Shown: positions 15,172 to 24,337, counted from the stretch's first letter. The stretch: DNA of 32,000 nt from Candidatus Fibrimonadaceae bacterium (GCA_031281155.1 JAITFT010000018.1:1-32000), one strand, 5' to 3'. Program-made: numbers and translations. The notes: generated by a model not told the origin, from the letters alone.

Positions 15172-17553
15172 TCATTGCTGGGCAGCCTTCTGCGCTTTCT
15201 GTGCGGCAGCTTCAAAGTCACTGAACAAAAGAGCTTGACTGATTTGATCCAAAATGGCCTTGGTTTCTTTTGTCCATTGCATTTTTTGCAAATTCTCAAG
15301 CGCAATATTTGCTGTTTGCTCATCGTAGTCTATGCAAGCTTTGCTGATAATTTGCAGTTGCTCTTTTAAATAAGCTGGGTCTTCGTCTTCGCTGGCGCTT
15401 GGAGGAGCATTTGCCTCGATTTTTTCAACAATTGCCCTTAGCGAATCTATAAAATTTTGAGTTTTAGCCTGAATTGCGTTTTTATCTTGCTCCTTGCCGG
15501 CTTTTTCCAATAAAGCAGCCTGCTCCGATGCCTCCTTTTCGCCTATATTTGCCAAAGCACTTTTCATGGCGTGAGCGTTGATGGCAAATAAGCGCAGCTC
15601 TTCGCTGGCCGTGTTATCAATGTTTTTGAAAATTCCTTCTAGAACAGGCAATACCTTTTTTGTGTCTTGGGCAAACACGGCAAGCAAAGCGGCGTTTGTT
15701 AAGGTGTTTTTGGAAATATCAGATGTCGCTTTTTGCCGCTGTGCGGCTTCTATGGTTTCGGGGCTCTGCTTATCGCGAATCATTTTGTTCAGCACGGTGT
15801 TCAATTGCCGAATATCAATGGGCTTGGAAACAAAAGCATCAAAACCGTTTTCAGCAAAAATTTCCGCTTGGCCTGCTACTGCATTGGCCGTTAATGCAAC
15901 AATGGAATGCGCATAGCCCATTGCCCTAATTCGCTTAACAGCCTCAATGCCATCCATTTGAGGCATCATGTGATCCATAAATACAATGTCGTAAATATTG
16001 CCGCTTCTGATTTTATCAATTGCTTCAAAGCCGCTGTTTGCTGTTTCAATTTTCAAACCATAAGGCTGAAGCAAACCTTTTGCCACAAATAAATTGGTTT
16101 CTATATCGTCAACTACAAGCACCTTGCCATAAGGCATGTATTCGCGCGTAATTCGTGTTTTTTTCGCCTGGCTTTCGCCGGCGAAACTGAAATTTTGCAG
16201 GTTTTCGGCAAGCTCTTTTCCAATTGCCGCACACTCCACCGCTTGCTGCGAAAGCCGCACAGTAAAAACCGAGCCTTTACCAAGCTCGCTTTCAACCGCA
16301 ATGCTGCCTTGCATAAGCTCAATCAGCTTTTTGGTAATGCTAAGGCCAAGACCGGTGCCTTCTGTTGTGCGGTTGGCTTCCATATTAAAGCGGGAATATT
16401 CTTCAAAAAGTTTTGCCACCTGCTCGGAGCTCATGCCTTGCCCTGTATCGCTCACGATAATAATCAAGTGAATTTCTGCATTTGATATTGCTTCGGCTTT
16501 AAATTCCAATGTGACTTTGCCTTTGTTGGTATATTTAAAAGCATTGGAGAGCAAGTTGTTCAGAACCTGTTTTACACGCAAGTCATCGCCAATTAAATAT
16601 GCAGGCAAGTCTTCGGAAATACGTAGTTCCAATTCAATTTGCTTGCTTCCTAAACGCATTATATTAAGTTGAACAGTATCGTTGATAAGGCTTGCAATAT
16701 CGTATTTTATGGGGTTGATTTCCAGTTTGCCGCTTTCAATTTTTGAAAGGTCTAGAATATCGTTGATAATTCCAAGCAACGTATAACCGGAATTGTAAAT
16801 TCTGCGGAAGGAGTCTCGTATTTCTTTTAAATGCTCTTCTTTGTTCAGTTCTATTTCGGTTATGCCTATGATAGCGTTCATGGGCGTGCGTATTTCGTGG
16901 CTCATGGTGGCGAGAAATTTGGATTTTGCGGCATTGGCGCTCACCGCTGCAAGCTGGGCTTCTTCGGCGGCTTTTTGGCTTTTTACCGTAGCTGTGATAT
17001 CGGAAATATCTATAAATTGCCCGCCTATTTCGTTGGGGAGTTTATCGGATATAACTTTGAAATAACGTTCTCTGTCTTCCATATTGAGCGGCACTATCGC
17101 TTCAAAAAAATCATCGGAATCTAAAATATCGCTAAACATTTTTTTAAGATTTTTGTTAGTCACTAAATCAACAAGCGGCTGGCCTATTGCGAGCTCTCTG
17201 TCGCATTGTAAAAATTTTGCCATAGCATAGGAAAGATAGCGAACCTGGCGACGTGAATTTGTGATTGCCATATAGTTTGGCGTGTTCCGCAATAATGCGG
17301 AAAATACCATAAATGCGCGATCGGCATTGTCTTCTTTCTGAGACACTCTGTAGGCCTGGAAAAGCAAAAAAAATGAAGCGCATAAAATAAAGATGAAATA
17401 AAAATTAAACCCATGCAAATAAAAACTTATTCCAGTAAATACCAACAGGATTAGAATGGCTATGTACATAAGCACGCTTATGCTTAACTTTTTTTTCTTG
17501 CGGGTTAGAGGTTCTCTCAGTTTCCAAACAACATTTTTTTCAGTTGCTCTCAT
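15172..17553 (-). CDS. Hybrid sensor histidine kinase (2 TM + PAS-like, HisKA, HATPase_c, REC, Hpt)
   Basis: 793 aa. H-box ATMSHEIRTPMNAIIG, N-box NLLSNAFKYT, G1 DTGQGM, G2 GTGLGLS, REC VLVVDD...FMDHMMPQMDG...ALTANA...KP, Hpt NAHAMKSALANIG. ATGA overlap with the upstream gene. Confidence 0.9.
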   Translation of the reverse strand: MRATEKNVVWKLREPLTRKKKKLSISVLMYIAILILLVFTGISFYLHGFNFYFIFILCASFFLLFQAYRVSQKEDNADRAFMVFSALLRNTPNYMAITNSRRQVRYLSYAMAKFLQCDRELAIGQPLVDLVTNKNLKKMFSDILDSDDFFEAIVPLNMEDRERYFKVISDKLPNEIGGQFIDISDITATVKSQKAAEEAQLAAVSANAAKSKFLATMSHEIRTPMNAIIGITEIELNKEEHLKEIRDSFRRIYNSGYTLLGIINDILDLSKIESGKLEINPIKYDIASLINDTVQLNIMRLGSKQIELELRISEDLPAYLIGDDLRVKQVLNNLLSNAFKYTNKGKVTLEFKAEAISNAEIHLIIIVSDTGQGMSSEQVAKLFEEYSRFNMEANRTTEGTGLGLSITKKLIELMQGSIAVESELGKGSVFTVRLSQQAVECAAIGKELAENLQNFSFAGESQAKKTRITREYMPYGKVLVVDDIETNLFVAKGLLQPYGLKIETANSGFEAIDKIRSGNIYDIVFMDHMMPQMDGIEAVKRIRAMGYAHSIVALTANAVAGQAEIFAENGFDAFVSKPIDIRQLNTVLNKMIRDKQSPETIEAAQRQKATSDISKNTLTNAALLAVFAQDTKKVLPVLEGIFKNIDNTASEELRLFAINAHAMKSALANIGEKEASEQAALLEKAGKEQDKNAIQAKTQNFIDSLRAIVEKIEANAPPSASEDEDPAYLKEQLQIISKACIDYDEQTANIALENLQKMQWTKETKAILDQISQALLFSDFEAAAQKAQKAAQQ

Positions 17554-19319
17554 GCAAGGCTCTCTGCTATTTTTTGCGCCTTTTCAAAATCACTGAACAA
17601 AAGAGCTTCGGATATTTTGTCAATCGTTGCTTTGGTTTCTTTTGTCCACGGCATATTCTGCAAGCTTGTAAGCGAGGCACCCGCAGTTAGCTCGTCGTAT
17701 TCTATGCAGGCTTTGCTTATAATTTGCATTTGCTTGCGTAAATAGGGGAGATCTGCGTCTATGCTTGCATTTGGAGCGGCTTGCGAATCGATTTTCGCAA
17801 TGATTGTTTCCAGCGAATTAATAAAGTCTTGCGTTTCGGTTCGTATTGTGATTCTGTCTTGCGCACGTGCTGCCCTCTCCAATGAAGCCGCCAGCTTAGA
17901 TGCCTCTTCTTCGCCTACATTTGCCAAAGCACTTTTCATAGCGTGGACATTCACGGTAAATAAACGCAAGTCTTCGTCTGTTGCGTCAATTAAATTTTTG
18001 AAAACAGCTTCTATAATAGGCAACGTTTTCTTTGCGTCATTTGAGAAAATGGCAAGCAAAGCAGCTTTTTGCGAAGCACTTTCAAAAGCAGGCTCCATCA
18101 CTACGACTTTCTGCCGCCGTGCAGCCTCAAGCACTTCGGCTTCTTGCTTATCGCGAATAAATTTGTTCAGAACGTTATTCAAACGCCGAATATCAACAGG
18201 CTTTGGAATTAAACCGACAAAGCCATTTTTGATATAAATTTCTTCCTGGCCGGCAATGGCATTTGCTGTTAAGGCAACAATGGGTTTATTGTACCCTGCC
18301 TCCAACAATCTCTTTACGGTTTCAATGCCATCCATTTTTGGCATCATGTGATCCATAAATATAATGTCGTAACTTGCGCCTCTTCTTACTTTGCCAATGG
18401 CTTCGAAGCCGCTGCCTGCAGTTTCAATTTTTAAGCCATAAGGTTTAAGCAGGCTTTTTGCCATAAAGAGATTGCTTTCTATATCGTCCACCACCAACAC
18501 GCTGCCATAAGGCATATATTCACGCACAATCTGCGTTTTTTTCATTTGTTTTTCGCCGAAGAAATTGAAGTTCTGCAAATTTTCTGCGAGTTCCTTTCCA
18601 ATTGCCGGACATTCCACCGCTTGCTGCAAAATTTCCACGGTAAAAGCCGAGCCTTTGCCCAATTCGCTTTCCACTGTGATGCTTCCTTGCATAAGCTCTG
18701 TGAATTTTTTGACAATGCTAAGACCAAGGGTTGTGCCTTCTTCTGCCAGGGATACTTGCTCAGCATTCATGCCTTGCCCTGTGTCGCGCACAGTAATGAT
18801 TAAGTGAACTTTTTCTCCATCTAGCTTCGACTTGAATTCTAGGCTTACGCTTCCTTTATCGGTGTATTTAAAAGCATTGGAAAGTAAATTATTTAAAATC
18901 TGCTTTATGCGCAAATCGTCGCCAATCATGTATGCAGGCAAATCTTCCGAAGCGAGCAACGCAAACTTAATTGATTTGTTCCCCAAGCGCATTAGGTTCA
19001 ATTGAATGGTATCGTTAATAAGGCTTGCGATATCGTATTTTACAGGGGTTATTTCCAGCTCGCCTCTTTCTATTTTGGAAAGATCCAAAACATCGTTGAT
19101 GGTGTTGAGCAGCGAATAGCCAAAACTGTAAATTCTGCGGAAGGAATCCAGTGTTTCCTTAGGATGCCCTTCTTTATCCATTTCAGTTTCCGTTATGCCT
19201 GTAATGGCGTTTACGGACGCGCGGATTTCATAGCTAATCTCGCGCGTTAACTTGTCTTTTTCTCTGCGCTCGTTTTCCAACTCTTTCCGCAGGGCTTCGT
19301 ATTCTTCGGTGCTGTGCAT
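17550..19319 (-). CDS. Degenerate (kinase-dead) hybrid HK paralog: soluble, H-box His replaced by Tyr, ATP-lid deletion, REC and Hpt intact
   Basis: Start set at the ATG at 19319 (MHSTEEYEAL), 1 nt after the upstream stop. The track's longer ORF (19475) overlaps the upstream gene. The H-box reads ISYEIRAS (TAT at 19230-19232). DTGQGMNAEQVSLAEEGTTLGLS lacks ~13 residues present in both paralogs. REC Asp (FMDHMMPKMDG) and Hpt His (HAMKSALANVG) are retained. Confidence 0.8.
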   Translation of the reverse strand: MHSTEEYEALRKELENERREKDKLTREISYEIRASVNAITGITETEMDKEGHPKETLDSFRRIYSFGYSLLNTINDVLDLSKIERGELEITPVKYDIASLINDTIQLNLMRLGNKSIKFALLASEDLPAYMIGDDLRIKQILNNLLSNAFKYTDKGSVSLEFKSKLDGEKVHLIITVRDTGQGMNAEQVSLAEEGTTLGLSIVKKFTELMQGSITVESELGKGSAFTVEILQQAVECPAIGKELAENLQNFNFFGEKQMKKTQIVREYMPYGSVLVVDDIESNLFMAKSLLKPYGLKIETAGSGFEAIGKVRRGASYDIIFMDHMMPKMDGIETVKRLLEAGYNKPIVALTANAIAGQEEIYIKNGFVGLIPKPVDIRRLNNVLNKFIRDKQEAEVLEAARRQKVVVMEPAFESASQKAALLAIFSNDAKKTLPIIEAVFKNLIDATDEDLRLFTVNVHAMKSALANVGEEEASKLAASLERAARAQDRITIRTETQDFINSLETIIAKIDSQAAPNASIDADLPYLRKQMQIISKACIEYDELTAGASLTSLQNMPWTKETKATIDKISEALLFSDFEKAQKIAESLA

Positions 19320-19320
19320 G

Positions 19321-22134
19321 TCATCTCCTTTGTGAAAAACTCTCCGATATTTCTCGTGCTTTTTCAAAATCGCTGAACAAAAGAGACTCGGCAATTTGCT
19401 CCAGAATAGCTTTGGTTTCTTTTGTCCATTGCATTTTCTGCAAATTCGCAAGCGCAACGCCAGCACTCTGCTCATCGTAAGCTGTGCAGGCTATGCCGAT
19501 TACTTGCAACTGCTCGCGCAAATAGACAGGGTTTTCGTCTGCTTTTGCGTTTGGAGCTGCTTTTGCCTCGATTTTCTCAACGATTGCTTTTAGTGAATTT
19601 ACAAAATTTTGCGTTTCAGTTTGAATTATATTTTTGTTTTGCTCCTTTCCGGCCTTTTCCAATAAGGCCGCTTGCTCAGAGGCTTCTTTTTCGCCTATAT
19701 TTGCAAGCGCGCTTTTCATGGCGTGGATATTAATAGCAAACAGGCGCAGGTCTTCATCGGTGGCATTTGCAATGTTTTGAAGAGTATTTTCGAAAATAGG
19801 CAAGCTCTTTTTGGTATCTTGTGCGAAAAAGGCAAGCAAGTCGGCATTTGACGGAGCATTTTTAGGCAGCGAGGCAGGGGCAGCAGCTTTTTGCTGCCGT
19901 GCTGCTTCTATGACCTCCGGGCTTTGCTTGTCGCGAATCATTTTATTGAGTGTAGCGTTCAATAACCGAATATCAATGGGCTTGGAGATAAAGCCATCAA
20001 AACCGTTATTGGCAAAAATTTCCGCTTGGCCTGCCACAGCGTTGGCTGTTAAGGCAACAATGGGGTGCTTATAGCCCGCTTCTCTAATTAGCTTTACCGT
20101 TTCAATGCCATCCATTTTTGGCATCATGTGATCCATAAATATAATGCTGTATTTGTTGCCAGCCTTGATTTTATCGAGAGTCTCAAAGCCGCTGCCTGCG
20201 GTTTCAATTTTAAGGCCATAAGGCATTAGCAAGCCCTTTGCCACAAACAGATTGGTTTCTGCATCATCTACTATTAGCACGCTGCCATAGGGCATGTATT
20301 CACGCACAATCTGCGCCCTTCTTGCTTGATTTTCGCAGGAGAAGCGGAAGTTTTGCAGATTTTCGGCAAGTTCCTTTCCAATAGTCTTGTGATTTGTTGC
20401 CTGCTGCAAGAATTTCACGGTAAAAACCGAGCCTATGCCAAGCACGCTTTCCACAGCAATGCTTCCTTGCATAAGTTCCACCAACCTTTTGGTAATGCTA
20501 AGGCCAAGACCGGTACCTTCTATTGCACGGTTGGATTCAACATTAAAGCGGGTATATTCGGTGAAAAGCTTAGACACCTGCTCGGCGCTCATGCCTTGCC
20601 CGGTATCTCGCACGGTGATAATTATGCAGACCGTTTCTGCGTTTTCTCGCTGCGCTTTGAATTCCAATGTAACTTTGCCTTTGTTGGTGTATTTAAAAGC
20701 ATTGGAGAGCAAGTTATTTAGAATTTGCTTTATGCGCAATTCATCGCCAATTAAATTTGCCGGCAAGTCTTCTGAAACACGAAGCACAAAATCAATGGGT
20801 TTGTCGCCTATGCGCAGTTGGTTCAGTTGAACAGTATCGTTGACTATATCTGCAATGCTGTATTCCACCGGATGAATTTCCAGCTTGCCGCTTTCAATTT
20901 TTGAGAGGTCTAGAATATCGTTGATTATTCCAAGCAGCGTGAAACTGGAGTTGTAAATTTTGTGGAGGGAATCTTGCGTTTCTCCGGAATGTTCTTCGTT
21001 GTTCAGCTCTATTTCTGTTATGCCTATAATGGCATTCATGGGCGTGCGGATTTCGTGGCTCATGGTAGCGAGAAATTTAGACTTTGCAGTATTTGCCTGC
21101 TCTGCTCTGAGTTGGGCTTCTCTAGCTGCTTGCTGGCTTTTTGTGAGCGGCCGCACCAAGCCGTTTATGGATACGTTGAAAATTATGAAAGTAAATGCTA
21201 TAACTCCAAGCATAACCAAAAAGATTATGGCTACATCGTTTTTCAAATATTCCTGCATGCTCATGGGAGGCTGAATTACAGCAACATACCAACCGAGGAT
21301 CGGTGCTGTGCTCACGGAAATTTCTTTGTTTTCGGTGGTGAAACTCTGCATTTGACCGCTCAAAAGATTTTCAGCTTTGTTCAATATTTCTGTGCCAATA
21401 TCACCTAGATGCTTGCTGATGTGCGTTCTGTTTGCCGCAAGACTCACATCTCTTGCGCCGGTAATTTCCCCTTCGCGATTGAAGAAATATAATTCTGCGT
21501 TGCCGGTGTAATTCTTATATATTGTATCGGTAAAGGCAGACAGCTCTATGCCTGTTCCTACCATGCCAACAGGCCTGCCCTGGCGGCCAAAAACCGGAGC
21601 ATTAAGCCAAAGATTGTTTCTTTGAAGGATTGGATTATAATTAATATTGAAGTTGTATTTTTCTGTTTCGTGCAAGGTCATGTTATACCAGTAATTTTCG
21701 GGGTTATTCAAATCGACTGTATAGTTGCTTTCATTGAAATGAAACTTTTTATCTATGTCGTTAACCCAAAAAATCGACTTGCTTGCGAAAGTCTGCCGGT
21801 ATTCGGCAATTTCCTCAATGGCAAGCCGTTTTAAACTGAAGTTTGAAGGGTCGGCAAAATATCTTTGTATTAGCGGAGAATTTGCCATTTTAAGAGCGAT
21901 TGCAATTTCGCTTTTCATTAACGCTTCTAGTTTAATGCGTTCAATTTCCAGTATTTGTTGCAACTCGTTCACTCTGTTTGAGTGGGTAATGCCCTGCATT
22001 GAAATGATGAAAGTGGTACTGCCAAGAATGGAAATCGATAAGAACAATGTAACTGAAAAGGCCCAAAACCTGCGTTTTATGGAATTTCCTGCGACCATAT
22101 CGAGGAAATCTTTTGTTTTTGATAATCTTTTCAT
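19321..22134 (-). CDS. Hybrid sensor histidine kinase with a periplasmic Cache-like sensor (TM, ~250-aa extracytoplasmic domain, TM, HisKA, HATPase_c, REC, Hpt)
   Basis: 937 aa. Two TM helices (FWAFSVTLFLSISILGSTTFII and VAIIFLVMLGVIAFTFIIF) bracket a domain containing NLWLNAPVFGRQGRPVGMVGTGIELS. H-box ATMSHEIRTPMNAIIG, G1/G2 intact, REC and Hpt intact. ATGA overlap with the upstream RR gene. Confidence 0.9.
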   Translation of the reverse strand: MKRLSKTKDFLDMVAGNSIKRRFWAFSVTLFLSISILGSTTFIISMQGITHSNRVNELQQILEIERIKLEALMKSEIAIALKMANSPLIQRYFADPSNFSLKRLAIEEIAEYRQTFASKSIFWVNDIDKKFHFNESNYTVDLNNPENYWYNMTLHETEKYNFNINYNPILQRNNLWLNAPVFGRQGRPVGMVGTGIELSAFTDTIYKNYTGNAELYFFNREGEITGARDVSLAANRTHISKHLGDIGTEILNKAENLLSGQMQSFTTENKEISVSTAPILGWYVAVIQPPMSMQEYLKNDVAIIFLVMLGVIAFTFIIFNVSINGLVRPLTKSQQAAREAQLRAEQANTAKSKFLATMSHEIRTPMNAIIGITEIELNNEEHSGETQDSLHKIYNSSFTLLGIINDILDLSKIESGKLEIHPVEYSIADIVNDTVQLNQLRIGDKPIDFVLRVSEDLPANLIGDELRIKQILNNLLSNAFKYTNKGKVTLEFKAQRENAETVCIIITVRDTGQGMSAEQVSKLFTEYTRFNVESNRAIEGTGLGLSITKRLVELMQGSIAVESVLGIGSVFTVKFLQQATNHKTIGKELAENLQNFRFSCENQARRAQIVREYMPYGSVLIVDDAETNLFVAKGLLMPYGLKIETAGSGFETLDKIKAGNKYSIIFMDHMMPKMDGIETVKLIREAGYKHPIVALTANAVAGQAEIFANNGFDGFISKPIDIRLLNATLNKMIRDKQSPEVIEAARQQKAAAPASLPKNAPSNADLLAFFAQDTKKSLPIFENTLQNIANATDEDLRLFAINIHAMKSALANIGEKEASEQAALLEKAGKEQNKNIIQTETQNFVNSLKAIVEKIEAKAAPNAKADENPVYLREQLQVIGIACTAYDEQSAGVALANLQKMQWTKETKAILEQIAESLLFSDFEKAREISESFSQRR

Positions 22135-23171
22135 ACTTCTGCTACTTCTGCAAATTTATCTTTAACCTCGTTGAATATTTTAATGATATTTGGGTCAAAG
22201 TATGTTCCGGAATCTTTTAAAATAATCGCTTCAGTTTCTTCGCGGGAAAAAGCTGGTTTATATGGCCGTTCAGATGTGAGTGCATCGTAAACATCGGCGA
22301 TAATCATTATTCGCCCTTGCAGTGGTATTTCTTCGCCTTTGAGTCCTCGCGGGTAGCCTTCGCCGTTCCAGCGTTCATGATGGGAACCAGCAAAGAGTTT
22401 GGCGTGTTGCAAAAATTGCGCATTGCCTGTTTGGTCTATCATTTGGTCAATAATAGTTTCGCCTTCTGTGGTGTGGCAGCGCATTTTCCCGAATTCATCG
22501 GCGGTTAGTTTATCGGGCTTGTTCAGAATTAAGTCTGATACGGCAATTTTTCCTACATCGTGCAAAAGGGCGGAGGCTACTACCATGTCTAGGTCCCATT
22601 CGATCATTTCTTCTAGGTACAGGCCTTTTGCCATCATTGCTTCCATTAAAATTCTTATGAATTTTGATGTTCGGTCAATATGCCCGCCTGTTATTTTATC
22701 GCGGTTTTCCACTATATTCGCCAAGGTGAAAACAATGCCGTTTTGCAGTTCTATAATTTGCTTTTTGCGTTGCTCAATTTGCTCTGTGCGTTTTTTGATT
22801 ATTTCGTCGATAAGCAGGTGGTTGGCAATGCGGTTGAGCAGCACTGGCGGCGAGAATGGTTTTACCACAAAATCGACCGCGCCCAGCTTTAGGCCTTTGA
22901 CCTCTGTTTCTACATCGGTGGAGGCGGTTAAAAACATAACGGGAATGCCGGCAGTGCCTTCATTTGCTTTTAGTTTTTTAATGGCGGCGAAGCCGTCCAT
23001 ATCGGGCATTTTAATGTCTAGCAGGATTAAATCGGGCCTTATTTTAACAAATAAGGAAAACATTCTTTCAGCGGAAGGCAGCGTTAAAACTCTATAGCCG
23101 CCTTCGACCAAAGCATGCTTTGCCGTTGCCAAATTCGTGGCGTTATCATCCACTACAAAAATCGTTTTCAT
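22131..23171 (-). CDS. Response regulator with an HD-GYP output domain (predicted c-di-GMP phosphodiesterase)
   Basis: REC: MKTIFVVDD...LLDIKMPDMDG...FLTAS...KP. HD-GYP: LLHDVGKIAV, GSHHERWNGEGYPRGL, IIADVYDALTSERPYK. Start is ambiguous between the ATG at 23171 (MKTIFVVDD, preferred given the promoter geometry) and the ATG at 23183 (MLEHMK). The track start at 23258 overlaps the Fic gene. Confidence 0.9.
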   Translation of the reverse strand: MKTIFVVDDNATNLATAKHALVEGGYRVLTLPSAERMFSLFVKIRPDLILLDIKMPDMDGFAAIKKLKANEGTAGIPVMFLTASTDVETEVKGLKLGAVDFVVKPFSPPVLLNRIANHLLIDEIIKKRTEQIEQRKKQIIELQNGIVFTLANIVENRDKITGGHIDRTSKFIRILMEAMMAKGLYLEEMIEWDLDMVVASALLHDVGKIAVSDLILNKPDKLTADEFGKMRCHTTEGETIIDQMIDQTGNAQFLQHAKLFAGSHHERWNGEGYPRGLKGEEIPLQGRIMIIADVYDALTSERPYKPAFSREETEAIILKDSGTYFDPNIIKIFNEVKDKFAEVAEV

Positions 23172-23187
23172 GTGTTCTAACATAGTA

Positions 23188-23216
23188 AATATAGCTTTTT
23201 TTTTTGGTTTTGTCAA
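23188..23216 (-). promoter_or_regulatory. Canonical sigma-70-type promoter for the RR/HK operon, with an A10 tract in the spacer
   Basis: The minus strand reads TTGACA (23216-23211), the spacer AAACCAAAAAAAAAAGC (17 nt), then TATATT (23193-23188). The homopolymer is T10 on the plus strand at 23196-23205. Confidence 0.6.
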
Positions 23217-23242
23217 GTTTTTTGTGAGCCGTTGCTGGATAG

Positions 23243-24337
23243 CTATAAAAGTTTCCAATAGCCGTTTTTATCTGCGCCTATTCGTTTAATAATACCATCG
23301 GCTTTTAGTTTTTCAAGATTTCTGTAAATAGTTCTTTCCTCAACACCTAAAAGCTTTGCTATTTCTGAAACGCTAATATTTTCTTTTTGCTTGATAATAT
23401 CTACAATATTATCTTTTACACTGACTTTTTTAACATCGTTTACCCTGACATTTACACTGACATTTTGCTGTTTTTTGCTTGTTTCTTTCATTTCACGAGA
23501 TTTTCCAGTAATAATTAATTCTACAAATTCAAGCTTTTTCTCAACATAGTCAGCTATGTAATTTACAAAAGGCATAATTTGCTCTATTGTGGCGTTAGCT
23601 CCTTTGTATGGCTCTTCTCCTGTTATTTTGTCGCATTCGCTTAGGGTATTCAGGTAGTTTTTGCGGTCGGTTGTTTGTATAATTATCATTGGGTAGCCGT
23701 GCCTAAGCAATATGTAGTTGACAAGCAATCTGGCAATTCTGCCGTTGCCGTCTTCAAAAGGATGTATGCGGATATAGCGGTAATGAAATAGCGTGGCGAG
23801 CTCTATAACATTGTATTTTTTGCTTTTTTCGGCTTTGTTATACCATTTTACAAGGTCGCCCATCATAGATGGAGTTTCTTCCGGAGAGGCATAGTTGAAT
23901 ATTTGGCCAGACGGCGTAATCACGGAATTAGGGCGGGTTTTATATACCCCAGTATGTATTTTGTACCTATATTCACCATCTGAGCTGGTTTTATAAAAAT
24001 CGCTTACAAGTATTGTGCGGTTGAGTTCTCGAATAAAAATTTCAGATAGCGGGCGTTTTTTGTCTAAAGCTTCTTTTTTCATCATTTCCAAGCCTACGTT
24101 GTGGGCTTTCATTTCCTCAAAATCACGCATTAACCCTTTGCCTTCCACTTTCCCAAAAAGCAGCAGCAACTTTGTTTGCCCATAAGTTAGGGTGTTGCCT
24201 TCGATATGGTTTGAATTGTAGTTAAAGTCAATCATAAAAGCTTGGTCAATGCTATGCTGCAAGCGTTCATTCAAAGGCAGTGAGTTTGCCCAAAACTCAA
24301 GCAGTTTTAGTATTTTTTTTAGCTGTTTTGGTTTCAT
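23243..24337 (-). CDS. Fic-family protein (class II, internal inhibitory helix) with a C-terminal winged-HTH
   Basis: Fic motif HPFEDGNGRIARLL. N-terminal inhibitory motif SNHIEG, i.e. (S/T)xxxE(G/N). C-terminal HTH ISVSEIAKLLGVEERTIYRNLEKLKADGIIKR. Start preferred at the ATG at 24337 (MKPKQLKK), which is preceded by TTTTCTATCTT plus 7 nt. The track uses the GTG at 24361. Confidence 0.9.
   Translation of the reverse strand: MKPKQLKKILKLLEFWANSLPLNERLQHSIDQAFMIDFNYNSNHIEGNTLTYGQTKLLLLFGKVEGKGLMRDFEEMKAHNVGLEMMKKEALDKKRPLSEIFIRELNRTILVSDFYKTSSDGEYRYKIHTGVYKTRPNSVITPSGQIFNYASPEETPSMMGDLVKWYNKAEKSKKYNVIELATLFHYRYIRIHPFEDGNGRIARLLVNYILLRHGYPMIIIQTTDRKNYLNTLSECDKITGEEPYKGANATIEQIMPFVNYIADYVEKKLEFVELIITGKSREMKETSKKQQNVSVNVRVNDVKKVSVKDNIVDIIKQKENISVSEIAKLLGVEERTIYRNLEKLKADGIIKRIGADKNGYWKLL

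Noticed and set aside
15087-15323. An apparently conserved Cys-rich peptide (LRLRIC(K/R)KCNGQKKP..FW.K) appears in ORF 15087..15323 and again in the first 52 codons of track ORF 17550..19475. It looks like a small zinc-ribbon-like gene repeated after the kinases.
   Set aside because: It is the out-of-frame translation of the near-identical 3' (Hpt-tail) DNA of paralogous kinases HK1 and HK3. Conservation is therefore expected from nucleotide paralogy alone. It has no independent start context or promoter.
17489-17496. A8-A9 homopolymers inside coding regions as phase-variation sites: HK1 17489-17496, Fic 24313-24320, trpF 30825-30833, purF 5400-5407.
   Set aside because: Such tracts are frequent in this AT-rich sequence. 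They encode Lys or Phe runs, and they occur in core biosynthetic genes where on/off switching is implausible. Only the 10-nt promoter-spacer tract was kept.
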